Of a stretch of DNA of 64,000 nucleotides, positions 9,647 to 18,803 are shown one piece after another (within the stretch, counting starts at the first letter, position 1; every line of letters starts with the position of its first letter). The notes below the pieces were generated by a model. It had not been told where the DNA came from and did no database searches. It saw only the letters and a list, made by a program, of their open reading frames with translations. A program made the translations under genes and the position numbers. Source of the DNA: an uncultured Bacteriovoracaceae bacterium (GTDB lineage: Bacteria; Bdellovibrionota; UBA2394); assembly GCA_964598565.1 (NCBI GenBank), contig CAZRCG010000006.1, positions 37,624 through 101,623 of the forward strand, in the 5' to 3' direction.

Positions 9647-10440
9647 CGAAGCCCCCGATGAGAGATGGTATTGAGCCCAAGATTTTAATTTCAAAACAAG
9701 AGTGGATGGTGGTCGCCAAGCCGGCAGGTTACCATACGCTTTCGGCCAAGGCATCTTCGGAGCCAGTGAAAGACCCTCACGGCTTATTTCATGATGATGA
9801 AATAAGCGGCGTCTATGACATAAGCCCTAAAGGGCCTCTTGTGATGGATGATTCAGATGATATTTCTGAGGGGCAAAGCTTGGAAGCTTGGTTGTTAGAG
9901 CAGTATCCCGAGCAGAAGTCGATTCCTGACTCGGGCATTGCGCATCGTCTCGATCAGAGGACCTCGGGATGCCTGTTAGTTGCAAGAACCGAAAGCTCCT
10001 ATATGCATCTGAGAGATGATATTCGTTCAGGAGCTATACGAAAAATATATTTGACCTATGTGAAGGGCCTTTGCCGATCGGGAGATTTCACGCTCTATTT
10101 TTCGAGTCGATATAAGCGGTCTCAAAAAGTAACCGTAGCTGAAACAGGTCCGGAAAAAGTTCGAGGTCGCTGTCAGTGGACTATGCTCAAAACCGATCGA
10201 GATCGCAGCCTCCTCGAAGTGGAACTTCTCGGCCGTGGCAAGCGACACCAAATACGCGCCGGCTTTGCGCATCTCGGTCATCCCCTTGTGGGCGATCGAC
10301 TCTACGGAGGTCCCGCTTGGAATTCGCGCTTTGGTCTGCATGCTTGGAAATTACTATGGAAGAAACATGAGGTCATTTGCCCCCCGCCCGATGACTGGCC
10401 AGAGGATTTTAAGAAGATAGGCGAGGAGGGAGAAGCCTAA
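9643..10440 (+). CDS. RluA-family pseudouridine synthase
   Basis: Catalytic HRLDQRTSGCLLVART motif and GRGKRHQIR motif; start ATG overlaps the Hsp70 stop (ATGA). Confidence 0.8.
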   Translation: MTKPPMRDGIEPKILISKQEWMVVAKPAGYHTLSAKASSEPVKDPHGLFHDDEISGVYDISPKGPLVMDDSDDISEGQSLEAWLLEQYPEQKSIPDSGIAHRLDQRTSGCLLVARTESSYMHLRDDIRSGAIRKIYLTYVKGLCRSGDFTLYFSSRYKRSQKVTVAETGPEKVRGRCQWTMLKTDRDRSLLEVELLGRGKRHQIRAGFAHLGHPLVGDRLYGGPAWNSRFGLHAWKLLWKKHEVICPPPDDWPEDFKKIGEEGEA

Positions 10441-10458
10441 GCCTGTTCATCGTCTTGG

Positions 10459-10505
10459 CCTGACCATACCCAATAAATGGCGGACCATTATTGGGTATGG
10501 TCCAG
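10459..10505. terminator. Strong near-perfect hairpin (15-bp perfect inverted repeat gaccatacccaataa/ttattgggtatggtc, extendable to about 19 bp with one bulge) directly downstream of the RluA gene; terminator or protein-binding palindrome
   Basis: Inverted repeat read directly at 10462-10476 and 10488-10502; no strong U-run follows. Confidence 0.45.
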
Positions 10506-10729
10506 CGGCTTCTTAATATTCCTCTGACGCGCAGTTTCTTTCTTTTTGGAGCCCGTTCCACAGGAAAATCTACGTTCATTGAATCCCTACTCCCCGACAC
10601 GAAAGCCATCTGAATTGACCTCCTCAACCCAGACCAAGAGACTGAGTTCTTAAAAAATCCTAGTCGCCTAGATTATCGAGCGGGGCAGAGCAAGACCCTT
10701 TGCAATTGAGATAAAGTCTTCAAACGTCG

Positions 10730-12385
10730 TTGACGAAGCCGAAGTTCGTAAATTTGAACGACTGGCCGCCGATGTTCCTTAAGCTGAGATGCTTTATCTT
10801 TCGAATGATCCCCGGGCTATGCGCATCAACGATGTGGGCTGCCTCCATTGGAAAGATGGAATGTCACGAATATTTGAGCGCGATTTATAGCCTGCAACTT
10901 GACACAATCAAACGTTTGTTTGAAAATCATCGGGTGACGCTGACGCTGGTCTCGCCTTTATTCGTTTTCTTTCTCGTAACCGCAGACGACAAATTACCTC
11001 CCCCTCCGAGCTTGTCGGAGAAAATTCTTTTGGAACGGCTTCAAGAGACAAGCCCGGCTATACAATCGATTCGAGCCCAGAGAGCCGATAGAGAGCTTGA
11101 GCGTTCTCTGCTGCGAGAGAGGTTTGAAAGCACGCTCAGCCCCTCGATATCTTATTTGAACACGAAAGAGCGAGCCATTTCAGCCCTTGAGCCTGTAATA
11201 AGCCCGCAGCTTCAAAGCGCACTGCGGATAAGCCGACGACTACCTTTCGGCGTTGAAATCATAGGTGAAGCTCAGGCGAGGCAGATCAGCGTAGAAGCTT
11301 CCCAGGTTTACGATGCCACTCAGGTGCGAGGCCTGGTGAGAGCCCAGTTTGATTTGTGGAATAATCTATTTGGTATTGCCGATCGAGCTCTGTTGTCAGC
11401 CCTTGTCGCCAGCGAGAAAGGTGCTGAACTTCGCGAAACGCTTCAACGAAAATCGTTGGAGTCTGATATTCGCATTCTCTATTGGCGATGGCTTGCGACC
11501 AATGAACGCCTTCGAGTATCTAAGGAGCTTCTGAGGGGCTCGGATGTGCAGCTGACCGATGCTCGACAGCGTCGGCGTCAATCGGCGGCTGACGAAGGCG
11601 ATGTCGCGCTACTCGAAGCGCAGTGGCTGCAACGCCAGCGCGATCTTGATTTTTTAACCCAGCAGAAAGTGGGGCTCTTAACGACGATTGAAGAGCTGTT
11701 GGGCCCCCTGCCGGTGGAGTGGAAGGCGGCGGACCCCCTCGATCTTGGTTCATTACTGCGAGAAAGAGTGGCCGACGCTCAGTCGTGCGCCGCCAATCCA
11801 TCGAATGAATGGCTGCGATCCGATTGGGACGATGTCGTAGCCCTCTTGCAAACAGAGCGAGATGGCCGAACGCGTTCGGCGCAGTATTCGCATCTACCAA
11901 CCGTTCAGGGCTTCGCGCAATTGCAAACGAGTGGAGCACGGTCGTCGCTTGGTGGAGCCTTCGATGATTGGCGTGACGATACCAAGCTGGGCTATGAGGT
12001 TGGTGTTCAGTTGAGTTTACCTCTGGAGGGCGATCGTTTCACAAGTCGACGAAAAATGATGGAATCGAACCACCTTCGCTTGGATGCTGAAAGTCAAAGA
12101 CTTCAATATCAGCTGAACTCTAAGCGAAGCCAATGGTCTCAAACACTCCCTCTTCTCTATCGCCAACTAGAGGCTCAGCAGAAGAGCTCGCTGGCGCTTG
12201 AAAAAGCCGTGCGATCAAAAAAGCGAAAGTTTGACCAAGCAAGAGCGTCTATTAACGACCTCATCCATGATCAGAACGCGTACTACCAAAGTCGACTTCA
12301 AGAGATCTCGCTGCAAGAAGAGATTCTGGTGACCGTACTCGACTTTAAAAAGACTCTCACTAAACTTTCGTGCTTGGAACTATGA
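10730..12385 (+). CDS. TolC-family outer membrane efflux protein (true start likely downstream of the annotated start)
   Basis: Coiled-coil and beta-barrel repeat pattern typical of outer membrane factor proteins; immediately upstream of an RND pump. Confidence 0.7.
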   Translation: MTKPKFVNLNDWPPMFLKLRCFIFRMIPGLCASTMWAASIGKMECHEYLSAIYSLQLDTIKRLFENHRVTLTLVSPLFVFFLVTADDKLPPPPSLSEKILLERLQETSPAIQSIRAQRADRELERSLLRERFESTLSPSISYLNTKERAISALEPVISPQLQSALRISRRLPFGVEIIGEAQARQISVEASQVYDATQVRGLVRAQFDLWNNLFGIADRALLSALVASEKGAELRETLQRKSLESDIRILYWRWLATNERLRVSKELLRGSDVQLTDARQRRRQSAADEGDVALLEAQWLQRQRDLDFLTQQKVGLLTTIEELLGPLPVEWKAADPLDLGSLLRERVADAQSCAANPSNEWLRSDWDDVVALLQTERDGRTRSAQYSHLPTVQGFAQLQTSGARSSLGGAFDDWRDDTKLGYEVGVQLSLPLEGDRFTSRRKMMESNHLRLDAESQRLQYQLNSKRSQWSQTLPLLYRQLEAQQKSSLALEKAVRSKKRKFDQARASINDLIHDQNAYYQSRLQEISLQEEILVTVLDFKKTLTKLSCLEL

Positions 12386-12397
12386 AAGGACGTCTCC

Positions 12398-15300
12398 ATG
12401 GAACGCCTTGCCCAGTTTTTTCTCGATAATAAAAAATTTACGTATGTCGTGACTCTTATTTTTGCCGTTTACGGAGGTCTCAATCTTCTTCAAATTCATA
12501 CCGAAGAATTTCCTAATGTGAATGTTGGCAACGCAATTGTCACCACCAACTATCCAGGGGCCTCAGCCACCGAAGTAGAGACGAAGATTACAAAGCCAAT
12601 CGAAGATGAAATTCGAAGTGTACGCGGCATTAAAATGGTTCGATCCCTGTCAAAGCCTGGCTTCAGCCAAATTTTCATCGAAGTAGATATCGATCGTTAT
12701 TCCGTTCAAGAAGTCATGGGCGATCTTCAGCGAGCCATCGATCGAACGAGAGACCTGCCCGGCGATTTAGATGAACTGCCGGCGTTTGTTGAAATAAAAA
12801 CTGAAGAATGGCCTGTGATCGAGTTAGCGATTGTGGGGTCCAATGATAATCGACTGCGAAATCGGGTGGCCGATGAACTCAAAGAGGTCATTGAGGAGCA
12901 TCCCGGCATTGTAGAGGTTCTTCCACTCGGCTATGCGCCGAGACAATTTACCATTCAGTTAGATCCCAAAAAACTACAGGCTTTCAATATTGGTATCGAT
13001 GAGGTTGTCGGCGCGATTCGATCGAGAAACGTGACAATTCCTGGCGGAGAGATTAAATCGGCAAGGGATCAGCGCCTTTTAAGAATTGAGGGTAAAGTTC
13101 ATAGTATTTCTGACCTTGAAACGCTTGTCGTGCGATCGACGTTTTCAGGCCGGCCTGTTCTTCTGAAGGATATCGCTCAGCTCTCGGACAACGAGCCCGA
13201 GCAAGACATTCTTTACCGATATGGCCAAGAGCCTGCTACTATGCTGGCGGCGAAGAAGCGAGGCGGCGCGGATATTCGCTCTCTTTCGAGCGACGTCGAA
13301 ACCATCATTGGTAGTTTTAGAGAAAAATATAAAGACGATCTTAAGTTTAATATTTACTTTAACTCCGGCGAACAGACCCATCAACGCATCACAATTTTAG
13401 GATCTAACGCGGTGGTGGGACTTGTCTTGGTATTCTTATTTCTCATGCTGTTTTTGCCAGGACGTCATGGATTTGTGGCGGGGCTATCGCTACCACTCGC
13501 GATGCTAGCGACCGTGGGCTTTATGAATACCGCAGGCCTCACGCTAAACTCTATGAGCATTCTGGCACTCATTATTGCGCTAGGCATGCTCGTCGATAAT
13601 GCGGTTGTCGTCGCAGAGAATACTATCTTTCTACAAAAGAAAGGCTTGCCCACGCGCGAAGCGCTTTTAAAAACGGTTCAGCAACTTTCCTTACCCATTA
13701 CCATGACGACGCTCACCACTATTTTTGCGTTCGTACCGATGCTGGTGACAACGGGGGGTATGGGTCAATTTATCCGAAGTCTTCCCATCATCATTAGTTT
13801 TGCTCTTGCCTTCAGTTTGTTTGAAGCATTTTTTCTGCTACCAACACGATTGGGATGGCTCAAGCTTAAGCTGCCCTCAGACTCCTCATTAAAATCATCC
13901 TCAGAATCTCGAAGTGAACATCATGATTGGTTCACTCGTTGGATAGAGCCCCCCTTTGCGCGCCTGATGACCCTTGTCGTTAAGCATCGCATAATAACGT
14001 TTGGCGTCTATACGGCGATTCTTCTGGGGTCGATGCTCTTGCTTGTGAAAGGCAATGATTTGATTTTATTTCCGGCTGATCAAGCAAAACGCTACTTAAT
14101 GCGTGTTGAAATGCCCGTAGGCACTCCTGTAACAAAAACGTCTGAAGCGCTGGCGCGACTGGCCCAGAAAGTCCAAGACAAGTTTGGAGCGGGCATTGAA
14201 CATATTAAAGTCATTGCTGGAGAGTCTGCGTTTGACCCCAATGATCCTAAAGCAAAGAAAGGGGCTCGCTTTGGTCTGCTCTATATTTTTATTTCAGACG
14301 AGCTAAAAGATACAGTTCCCTACAAGAAAACTTTGGCCGATCTACGAGCCATCACGATACCCGGTATAGAAAAAATTGGCGCTGAAGTGGAAATCATGGG
14401 ACCTCCTATTGGGGATCCCGTAAATATTAGTTTTCGCTCGAACGACGCAGCGGCATTACAAGCGGTTGCGCAGTCTATCGTCGACAAGCTTCGGGAGACG
14501 CCCGGTATTTTTGATGCGCAGGTCAACGAGATCATTGGCGACGAAGAAGTTTTCGTCAGCGTCGACTATCAAAAGGCAGCTCGCTTGGGATTAAATCTGG
14601 CCCATATTGGAGAGACCGTGCGAACGGCGATTGCAGGGACGAAAGTATCGGATATCACCTTGAACAACAAAAAGGTGGATCTCGTCGTTCAGTTTAACCC
14701 CGAAGGACGTGAGTCTTTAGAGAGCTTGAATCTCATTAAGATTCGAGATCCTCAGGGAAATTTGATTCCTCTATCGACCGTGGCCACCTTTAAAAAGGTA
14801 GTGGGCGAACCCCAGATTCAACGCTTTGACTACAAACGATCTAAAACCGTGACCGCCAATGTGAACCTTGATGAACTCACCGCAGTAGAAGCTAATGAAA
14901 TAGCCTTGGCCGCCTATGCTGCCATTCAAGCGGACTATCCAGAAGTAAGCCTCGAGCTAGGGGGTGAGGGAGAAAAAACTCAAGAGTCTATGCAGTCGCT
15001 CTTTCGGGCTCTAATGCTTTCTCTGCTCGCCATTTTTGGCCTGCTCGTTCTTCAATTTAATTCGTATCTCAGACCTCTGATCATTTTGAGCACCATTCCT
15101 CTCGGCATTGTCGGCGTATCCGTCGCGTTTTTCTTTCACGATCGCCCCATCAGCTTTCTCGCGCTTATTGGCATTTTGGGTCTCGGTGGAATCATCGTAA
15201 ATACGGGTATCATTCTCATTAGCTTCATTGATGAGCTACGCAAAGAGAGCGATCGAAGCCTACTAGAAATTGTTCTTGAAGCCGCCACGCGACGCCTTCG

Positions 15301-15556
15301 TGCCGTGGTGGTGACGTCGGTCACAACCGTCGCCGGCCTCATTCCCACAGCGTATGGCATGGGAGGTGCGGATGAATTTATTATTCCCATGTGTATGTCG
15401 CTGGCATGGGGCTTAGTGAGCGGTACGTTACTCTCTTTAATTTGGGTACCCTGCGCCTACATGATCACCGAAGATATCGCCCGCTGGTGTGGTCAAAAAA
15501 TGGGGCGATCGAGCAGAGAACAGTCCCTCAAAGTGCTTCAGTCCGTGAAGGCATAG
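12398..15556 (+). CDS. RND efflux transporter permease, AcrB/CzcA family
   Basis: 1052 aa, 12-TM RND architecture, conserved N-terminus FFLDNKKFTYVVTLIFAVYGG and large periplasmic loops. Confidence 0.9.
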   Translation: MERLAQFFLDNKKFTYVVTLIFAVYGGLNLLQIHTEEFPNVNVGNAIVTTNYPGASATEVETKITKPIEDEIRSVRGIKMVRSLSKPGFSQIFIEVDIDRYSVQEVMGDLQRAIDRTRDLPGDLDELPAFVEIKTEEWPVIELAIVGSNDNRLRNRVADELKEVIEEHPGIVEVLPLGYAPRQFTIQLDPKKLQAFNIGIDEVVGAIRSRNVTIPGGEIKSARDQRLLRIEGKVHSISDLETLVVRSTFSGRPVLLKDIAQLSDNEPEQDILYRYGQEPATMLAAKKRGGADIRSLSSDVETIIGSFREKYKDDLKFNIYFNSGEQTHQRITILGSNAVVGLVLVFLFLMLFLPGRHGFVAGLSLPLAMLATVGFMNTAGLTLNSMSILALIIALGMLVDNAVVVAENTIFLQKKGLPTREALLKTVQQLSLPITMTTLTTIFAFVPMLVTTGGMGQFIRSLPIIISFALAFSLFEAFFLLPTRLGWLKLKLPSDSSLKSSSESRSEHHDWFTRWIEPPFARLMTLVVKHRIITFGVYTAILLGSMLLLVKGNDLILFPADQAKRYLMRVEMPVGTPVTKTSEALARLAQKVQDKFGAGIEHIKVIAGESAFDPNDPKAKKGARFGLLYIFISDELKDTVPYKKTLADLRAITIPGIEKIGAEVEIMGPPIGDPVNISFRSNDAAALQAVAQSIVDKLRETPGIFDAQVNEIIGDEEVFVSVDYQKAARLGLNLAHIGETVRTAIAGTKVSDITLNNKKVDLVVQFNPEGRESLESLNLIKIRDPQGNLIPLSTVATFKKVVGEPQIQRFDYKRSKTVTANVNLDELTAVEANEIALAAYAAIQADYPEVSLELGGEGEKTQESMQSLFRALMLSLLAIFGLLVLQFNSYLRPLIILSTIPLGIVGVSVAFFFHDRPISFLALIGILGLGGIIVNTGIILISFIDELRKESDRSLLEIVLEAATRRLRAVVVTSVTTVAGLIPTAYGMGGADEFIIPMCMSLAWGLVSGTLLSLIWVPCAYMITEDIARWCGQKMGRSSREQSLKVLQSVKA

Positions 15557-15560
15557 ACCG

Positions 15561-16217
15561 ATGTCTCGCCTACGAACCAAAAAAGATACTAAATCGACTC
15601 GAGAGAAAATTCTTCGAGTCGCCTCGCAGATGTTTTCGAATCAAGGCTATGGCAGCACTTCTGTGCGTGATATCGCGAAAGAAGCAGGAGTAAACATTGC
15701 TGCCATCAATTATCACTTTCGTTCGAAACAAGAATTGCTGTGGCAGATTCTTCAAAACTCCAATCGGCATCTCCGAGAAATCGCCGACGAGATAGCGCGC
15801 TCCGATTTGGGCTTCGAGGATGCCAGTGTCGCTTTTTGTGAGCGAATGTTACGTTTATCGAGCGATGTGCGCACGGTCATGCGTGTCTTTATGTCTCCAG
15901 TCGAAGAGGGTTACGAAGCCAACTTTCAAGATATCTGTAAAAAAAGCACGGTGGGCCCCCCTGGCTATGAGGGCCTTTCTGCTATCTTGCAGAGGTCGAT
16001 CAAACGCTCTTTAAGTCCTTCGGAAATGCTCTTTGCCGTTCGCTCTCTCTTTCACTCGATTCTTCTATGGACGACGCTCTCGGACACCCCATTTTTGAAA
16101 ACGCAGTGTCGCTTACATCGCAAACACTTCAGCCGCACCGCGATTCTTAAGGAGATCAGAACGCTGGCACGCGCGCTACTCGTGTATCTTAAGGCCGAAC
16201 CTCGCACTATAGTATAA
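15561..16217 (+). CDS. TetR/AcrR-family transcriptional regulator
   Basis: N-terminal HTH SVRDIAKEAGVNIAAINYHFRSKQEL; 5 bp downstream of the RND gene. Confidence 0.85.
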   Translation: MSRLRTKKDTKSTREKILRVASQMFSNQGYGSTSVRDIAKEAGVNIAAINYHFRSKQELLWQILQNSNRHLREIADEIARSDLGFEDASVAFCERMLRLSSDVRTVMRVFMSPVEEGYEANFQDICKKSTVGPPGYEGLSAILQRSIKRSLSPSEMLFAVRSLFHSILLWTTLSDTPFLKTQCRLHRKHFSRTAILKEIRTLARALLVYLKAEPRTIV

Positions 16218-16261
16218 AGGTAGAATATTAGCGGAGACTAGTTTGCAGAGGGCACAAGAGT

Positions 16262-16289
16262 GCGGCTGGCGACCTTTGCGGCCAGCCGC
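16262..16289. terminator. GC-rich hairpin (9-bp stem gcggctggc/gccagccgc) followed by a T-run, between convergent TetR and efp genes; candidate bidirectional terminator
   Basis: Perfect inverted repeat read directly; ccattttt follows within 10 nt. Confidence 0.5.
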
Positions 16290-16355
16290 AACAGATAGCC
16301 ATTTTTCGGATGGGCTCTAAATAGAAACTCACTATGCTAACGGGTCTCGGCCCTG

Positions 16356-16916
16356 TTAGGCGCGACTCATGTATTCGCCGGTCTCTGTGTTCACGATGAT
16401 GGACTCTCCCTCGTTGATGAAGGCAGGAACCCCTACCGTAATACCTGTCTCTAGCTTCGCCGCTTTGTTCACATTAGTGGCGGTGGCGTTGCGGATGCCT
16501 GGCTCTGTCTCGACGACTTTCAGCGTGACGCGTGCGGGAGGTTCGACGCTCACCGGTTGCCCTTCAATATACGAGATAGTCACCTTCGAATTGGGAAGTA
16601 AATAACCCGCAATACTATCGACAAACTCCGCAGGCACGGGATTTTGTTCGTAGTTATCAGGATTCATGAAAACGTAGGCATCCCCATCTTTATAAAGAAA
16701 TTCCATGGTGATGACGTCCAAATTTAGTTTTTCGACGGTATCATCCGATCGAAATCGATGAGACACATTGCTGTTCGAAAGAATATCTTTCATTTCGACT
16801 TGCATCATAGCGCGTAAATTGCCCGGCGTATGGTGAGTTGCCGAAATGACCTTCACCATACGGTTCTTGTACTTTAAGACATAGCCTTTGCGAATATCGG
16901 TCGCTTTTATATTCAT
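16356..16916 (-). CDS. efp: Elongation factor P
   Basis: MNIKATDIRKGYVLKYKNRMVKVISATHHTPGNLRAMMQVEMKD is a typical EF-P N-terminus; 186 aa. Confidence 0.92.
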   Translation of the reverse strand: MNIKATDIRKGYVLKYKNRMVKVISATHHTPGNLRAMMQVEMKDILSNSNVSHRFRSDDTVEKLNLDVITMEFLYKDGDAYVFMNPDNYEQNPVPAEFVDSIAGYLLPNSKVTISYIEGQPVSVEPPARVTLKVVETEPGIRNATATNVNKAAKLETGITVGVPAFINEGESIIVNTETGEYMSRA

Positions 16917-16998
16917 AGAGGATAGTTTTCACGCAGGCCAATCGCTGTCAACAGATGGATCCTTGAGTTTTAGGGCGACTTCGACCAAATTGGACACC

Positions 16999-17358
16999 AT
17001 GACCATGGATGTCGAAAAAATTGCATCGCTTGCCTATCTCAAAGTAAAAAACGACGAGAAAGAGCGAATATCTTCCCATTTAGAGAAAATTCTTCATTAC
17101 GTGGAGCAGCTCAACGAGGTGCCGATGACGGCTGACGAAGCGCGTTCGATGGGTCAGTTTCATATTTTGTCGGCATTTTTTGAAGCCGAAGGTTGGACGT
17201 TTGGCCAGTCCCTAAGAGCGGATGATCTGGAAGGCAACCGTGCGAACAGCGTTGCCAAACTCAACCTGAGCAACTCGGAGGCGCTGAGCAATTCACCAGC
17301 CTCGGCAGGACTGCCGGAGGGCTTAATGTTTGAAGTGCCCTCTATTATTGAAAGGTAA
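16999..17358 (+). CDS. gatC: Asp/Glu-tRNA amidotransferase subunit C
   Basis: Small protein MTMDVEKIASLAYLKVKNDEKERISSHLEKILHYVEQLNEV immediately upstream of gatA; start refined to internal ATG of the longer ORF. Confidence 0.85.
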   Translation: MTMDVEKIASLAYLKVKNDEKERISSHLEKILHYVEQLNEVPMTADEARSMGQFHILSAFFEAEGWTFGQSLRADDLEGNRANSVAKLNLSNSEALSNSPASAGLPEGLMFEVPSIIER

Positions 17359-17366
17359 TCGCTGCC

Positions 17367-18803
17367 ATGGGTAGACTTTTTGACTTACGAAGAAAATTTA
17401 TTTCGAAAGAAATTCATCCGCGTGATTACTTTCGTAGCTTGCTGTTAGACGTGCGAAAGAAGAATGAGAAGCTCAACTGCTATTTAGAAATTTTTGAAGA
17501 CGACTTTGAGCGGGCTGCGGATCTTACGTTTGATGAAGCCAAACCGCTGTCGTGCATGCCAATCGCCATCAAAGATATGATTTCTATTCGAGGCAAACGC
17601 CTGTCAGCCGCCTCTCGTATGCTGGAAAACTATCGTGCGCCTCGCTCGGCTACTGTGACTGAGCGCCTCGAGGAGGCCGGCGCTTTTTTTGTGGGGCGTG
17701 CGCACTGTGATGAATTCGCCATGGGTTCTTCGAATGAAAATGGGCCGTTTGGACCCGCGAGAAATCCCTTTGATTTAACGCGCACGCCAGGGGGCAGTAG
17801 CGGCGGCTCCGCATCAGCCGTAGCGGCTGAAACCTGTGTTGGTTCTCTGGGCACAGATACCGGCGGCAGTATTCGCTTGCCCGCCGCCTTTTGTGGTCTG
17901 ACGGGCCTTAAACCCACCTATGGACGAGTCTCTCGCTCCGGGGTGATTGCATTTGCAAGTTCGCTTGATCAGGTGGGCCCTTTTGCAGACGACGCACTCG
18001 ACTGCGCCGCGCTGGCTCAAGTCATTGCCGGACGAGATCCTCGCGACGCCACAACGGCGCCAGCGGCCGTACCGTCATATACCGATGCCGTCGCTCGTGG
18101 CACTTTGAAGGGTCTACGCATTGGTTTGCCCAAAGAGTATTTTTTAAAAGACGGCGTTAGTGCCGATATTCAGAAATACTGCGAACAAGCGATCGATCTT
18201 TTTAAATCGCAAGGCGCCATTCTTTCAGAAGTCTCACTGCCCCATAGTCCTTACGGCATTGCGGCCTATTATCTTGTCGCCACCGCAGAGGCGGCGAGCA
18301 ATCTAGCACGCTACGATGGCATTCGTTACGGACATCGCGCTCGCTCGTATCAATCGCTCAAAGATCTGATTGCCGAGTCACGAACGGAAGGCTTTGGAGA
18401 AGAAGTCAAACGCCGCATTATGTTAGGAACTTTTGCGCTTAGCTCGGGCTACTACGATGCATTTTATTCGAAAGCTCAGTTTGTGCGATCGAAAATTCAG
18501 CAAGAATTTTTAGAAGCCTTTAAAAAGGTGGACGTGCTTTTCACACCTGTGTCACCCGTGAGCGCTTTTCCGCTTGGATCAAAAGTGAATGATCCACTCC
18601 AACTTTATTTATTGGATATTTTTACGGTGTCTTGCAATTTAGGCGGAGTGCCTGCGATTGCTTTTCCTATGGGCTATGATTCACTCAATCTGCCGGTAGG
18701 CGGACAATTCATTGCGGGCCCCTACCAAGAGGCTCGCCTCTTTGAGGCAGTCGGGGCATTTGAAAGAGCGTGTCCGTTTAAGAAGAGGGCCTTAGCATGC
18801 TGA
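17367..18803 (+). CDS. gatA: Glu-tRNA(Gln)/Asp-tRNA(Asn) amidotransferase subunit A
   Basis: Amidase-signature family, GGSSGGSASAVAA motif; 478 aa. Confidence 0.93.
   Translation: MGRLFDLRRKFISKEIHPRDYFRSLLLDVRKKNEKLNCYLEIFEDDFERAADLTFDEAKPLSCMPIAIKDMISIRGKRLSAASRMLENYRAPRSATVTERLEEAGAFFVGRAHCDEFAMGSSNENGPFGPARNPFDLTRTPGGSSGGSASAVAAETCVGSLGTDTGGSIRLPAAFCGLTGLKPTYGRVSRSGVIAFASSLDQVGPFADDALDCAALAQVIAGRDPRDATTAPAAVPSYTDAVARGTLKGLRIGLPKEYFLKDGVSADIQKYCEQAIDLFKSQGAILSEVSLPHSPYGIAAYYLVATAEAASNLARYDGIRYGHRARSYQSLKDLIAESRTEGFGEEVKRRIMLGTFALSSGYYDAFYSKAQFVRSKIQQEFLEAFKKVDVLFTPVSPVSAFPLGSKVNDPLQLYLLDIFTVSCNLGGVPAIAFPMGYDSLNLPVGGQFIAGPYQEARLFEAVGAFERACPFKKRALAC

Noticed and set aside
15391-15693. 100-aa ORF bridging the end of the RND gene and the start of the TetR gene
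   Set aside because: It overlaps two confidently called genes in a different frame and has no motif support; treated as spurious.
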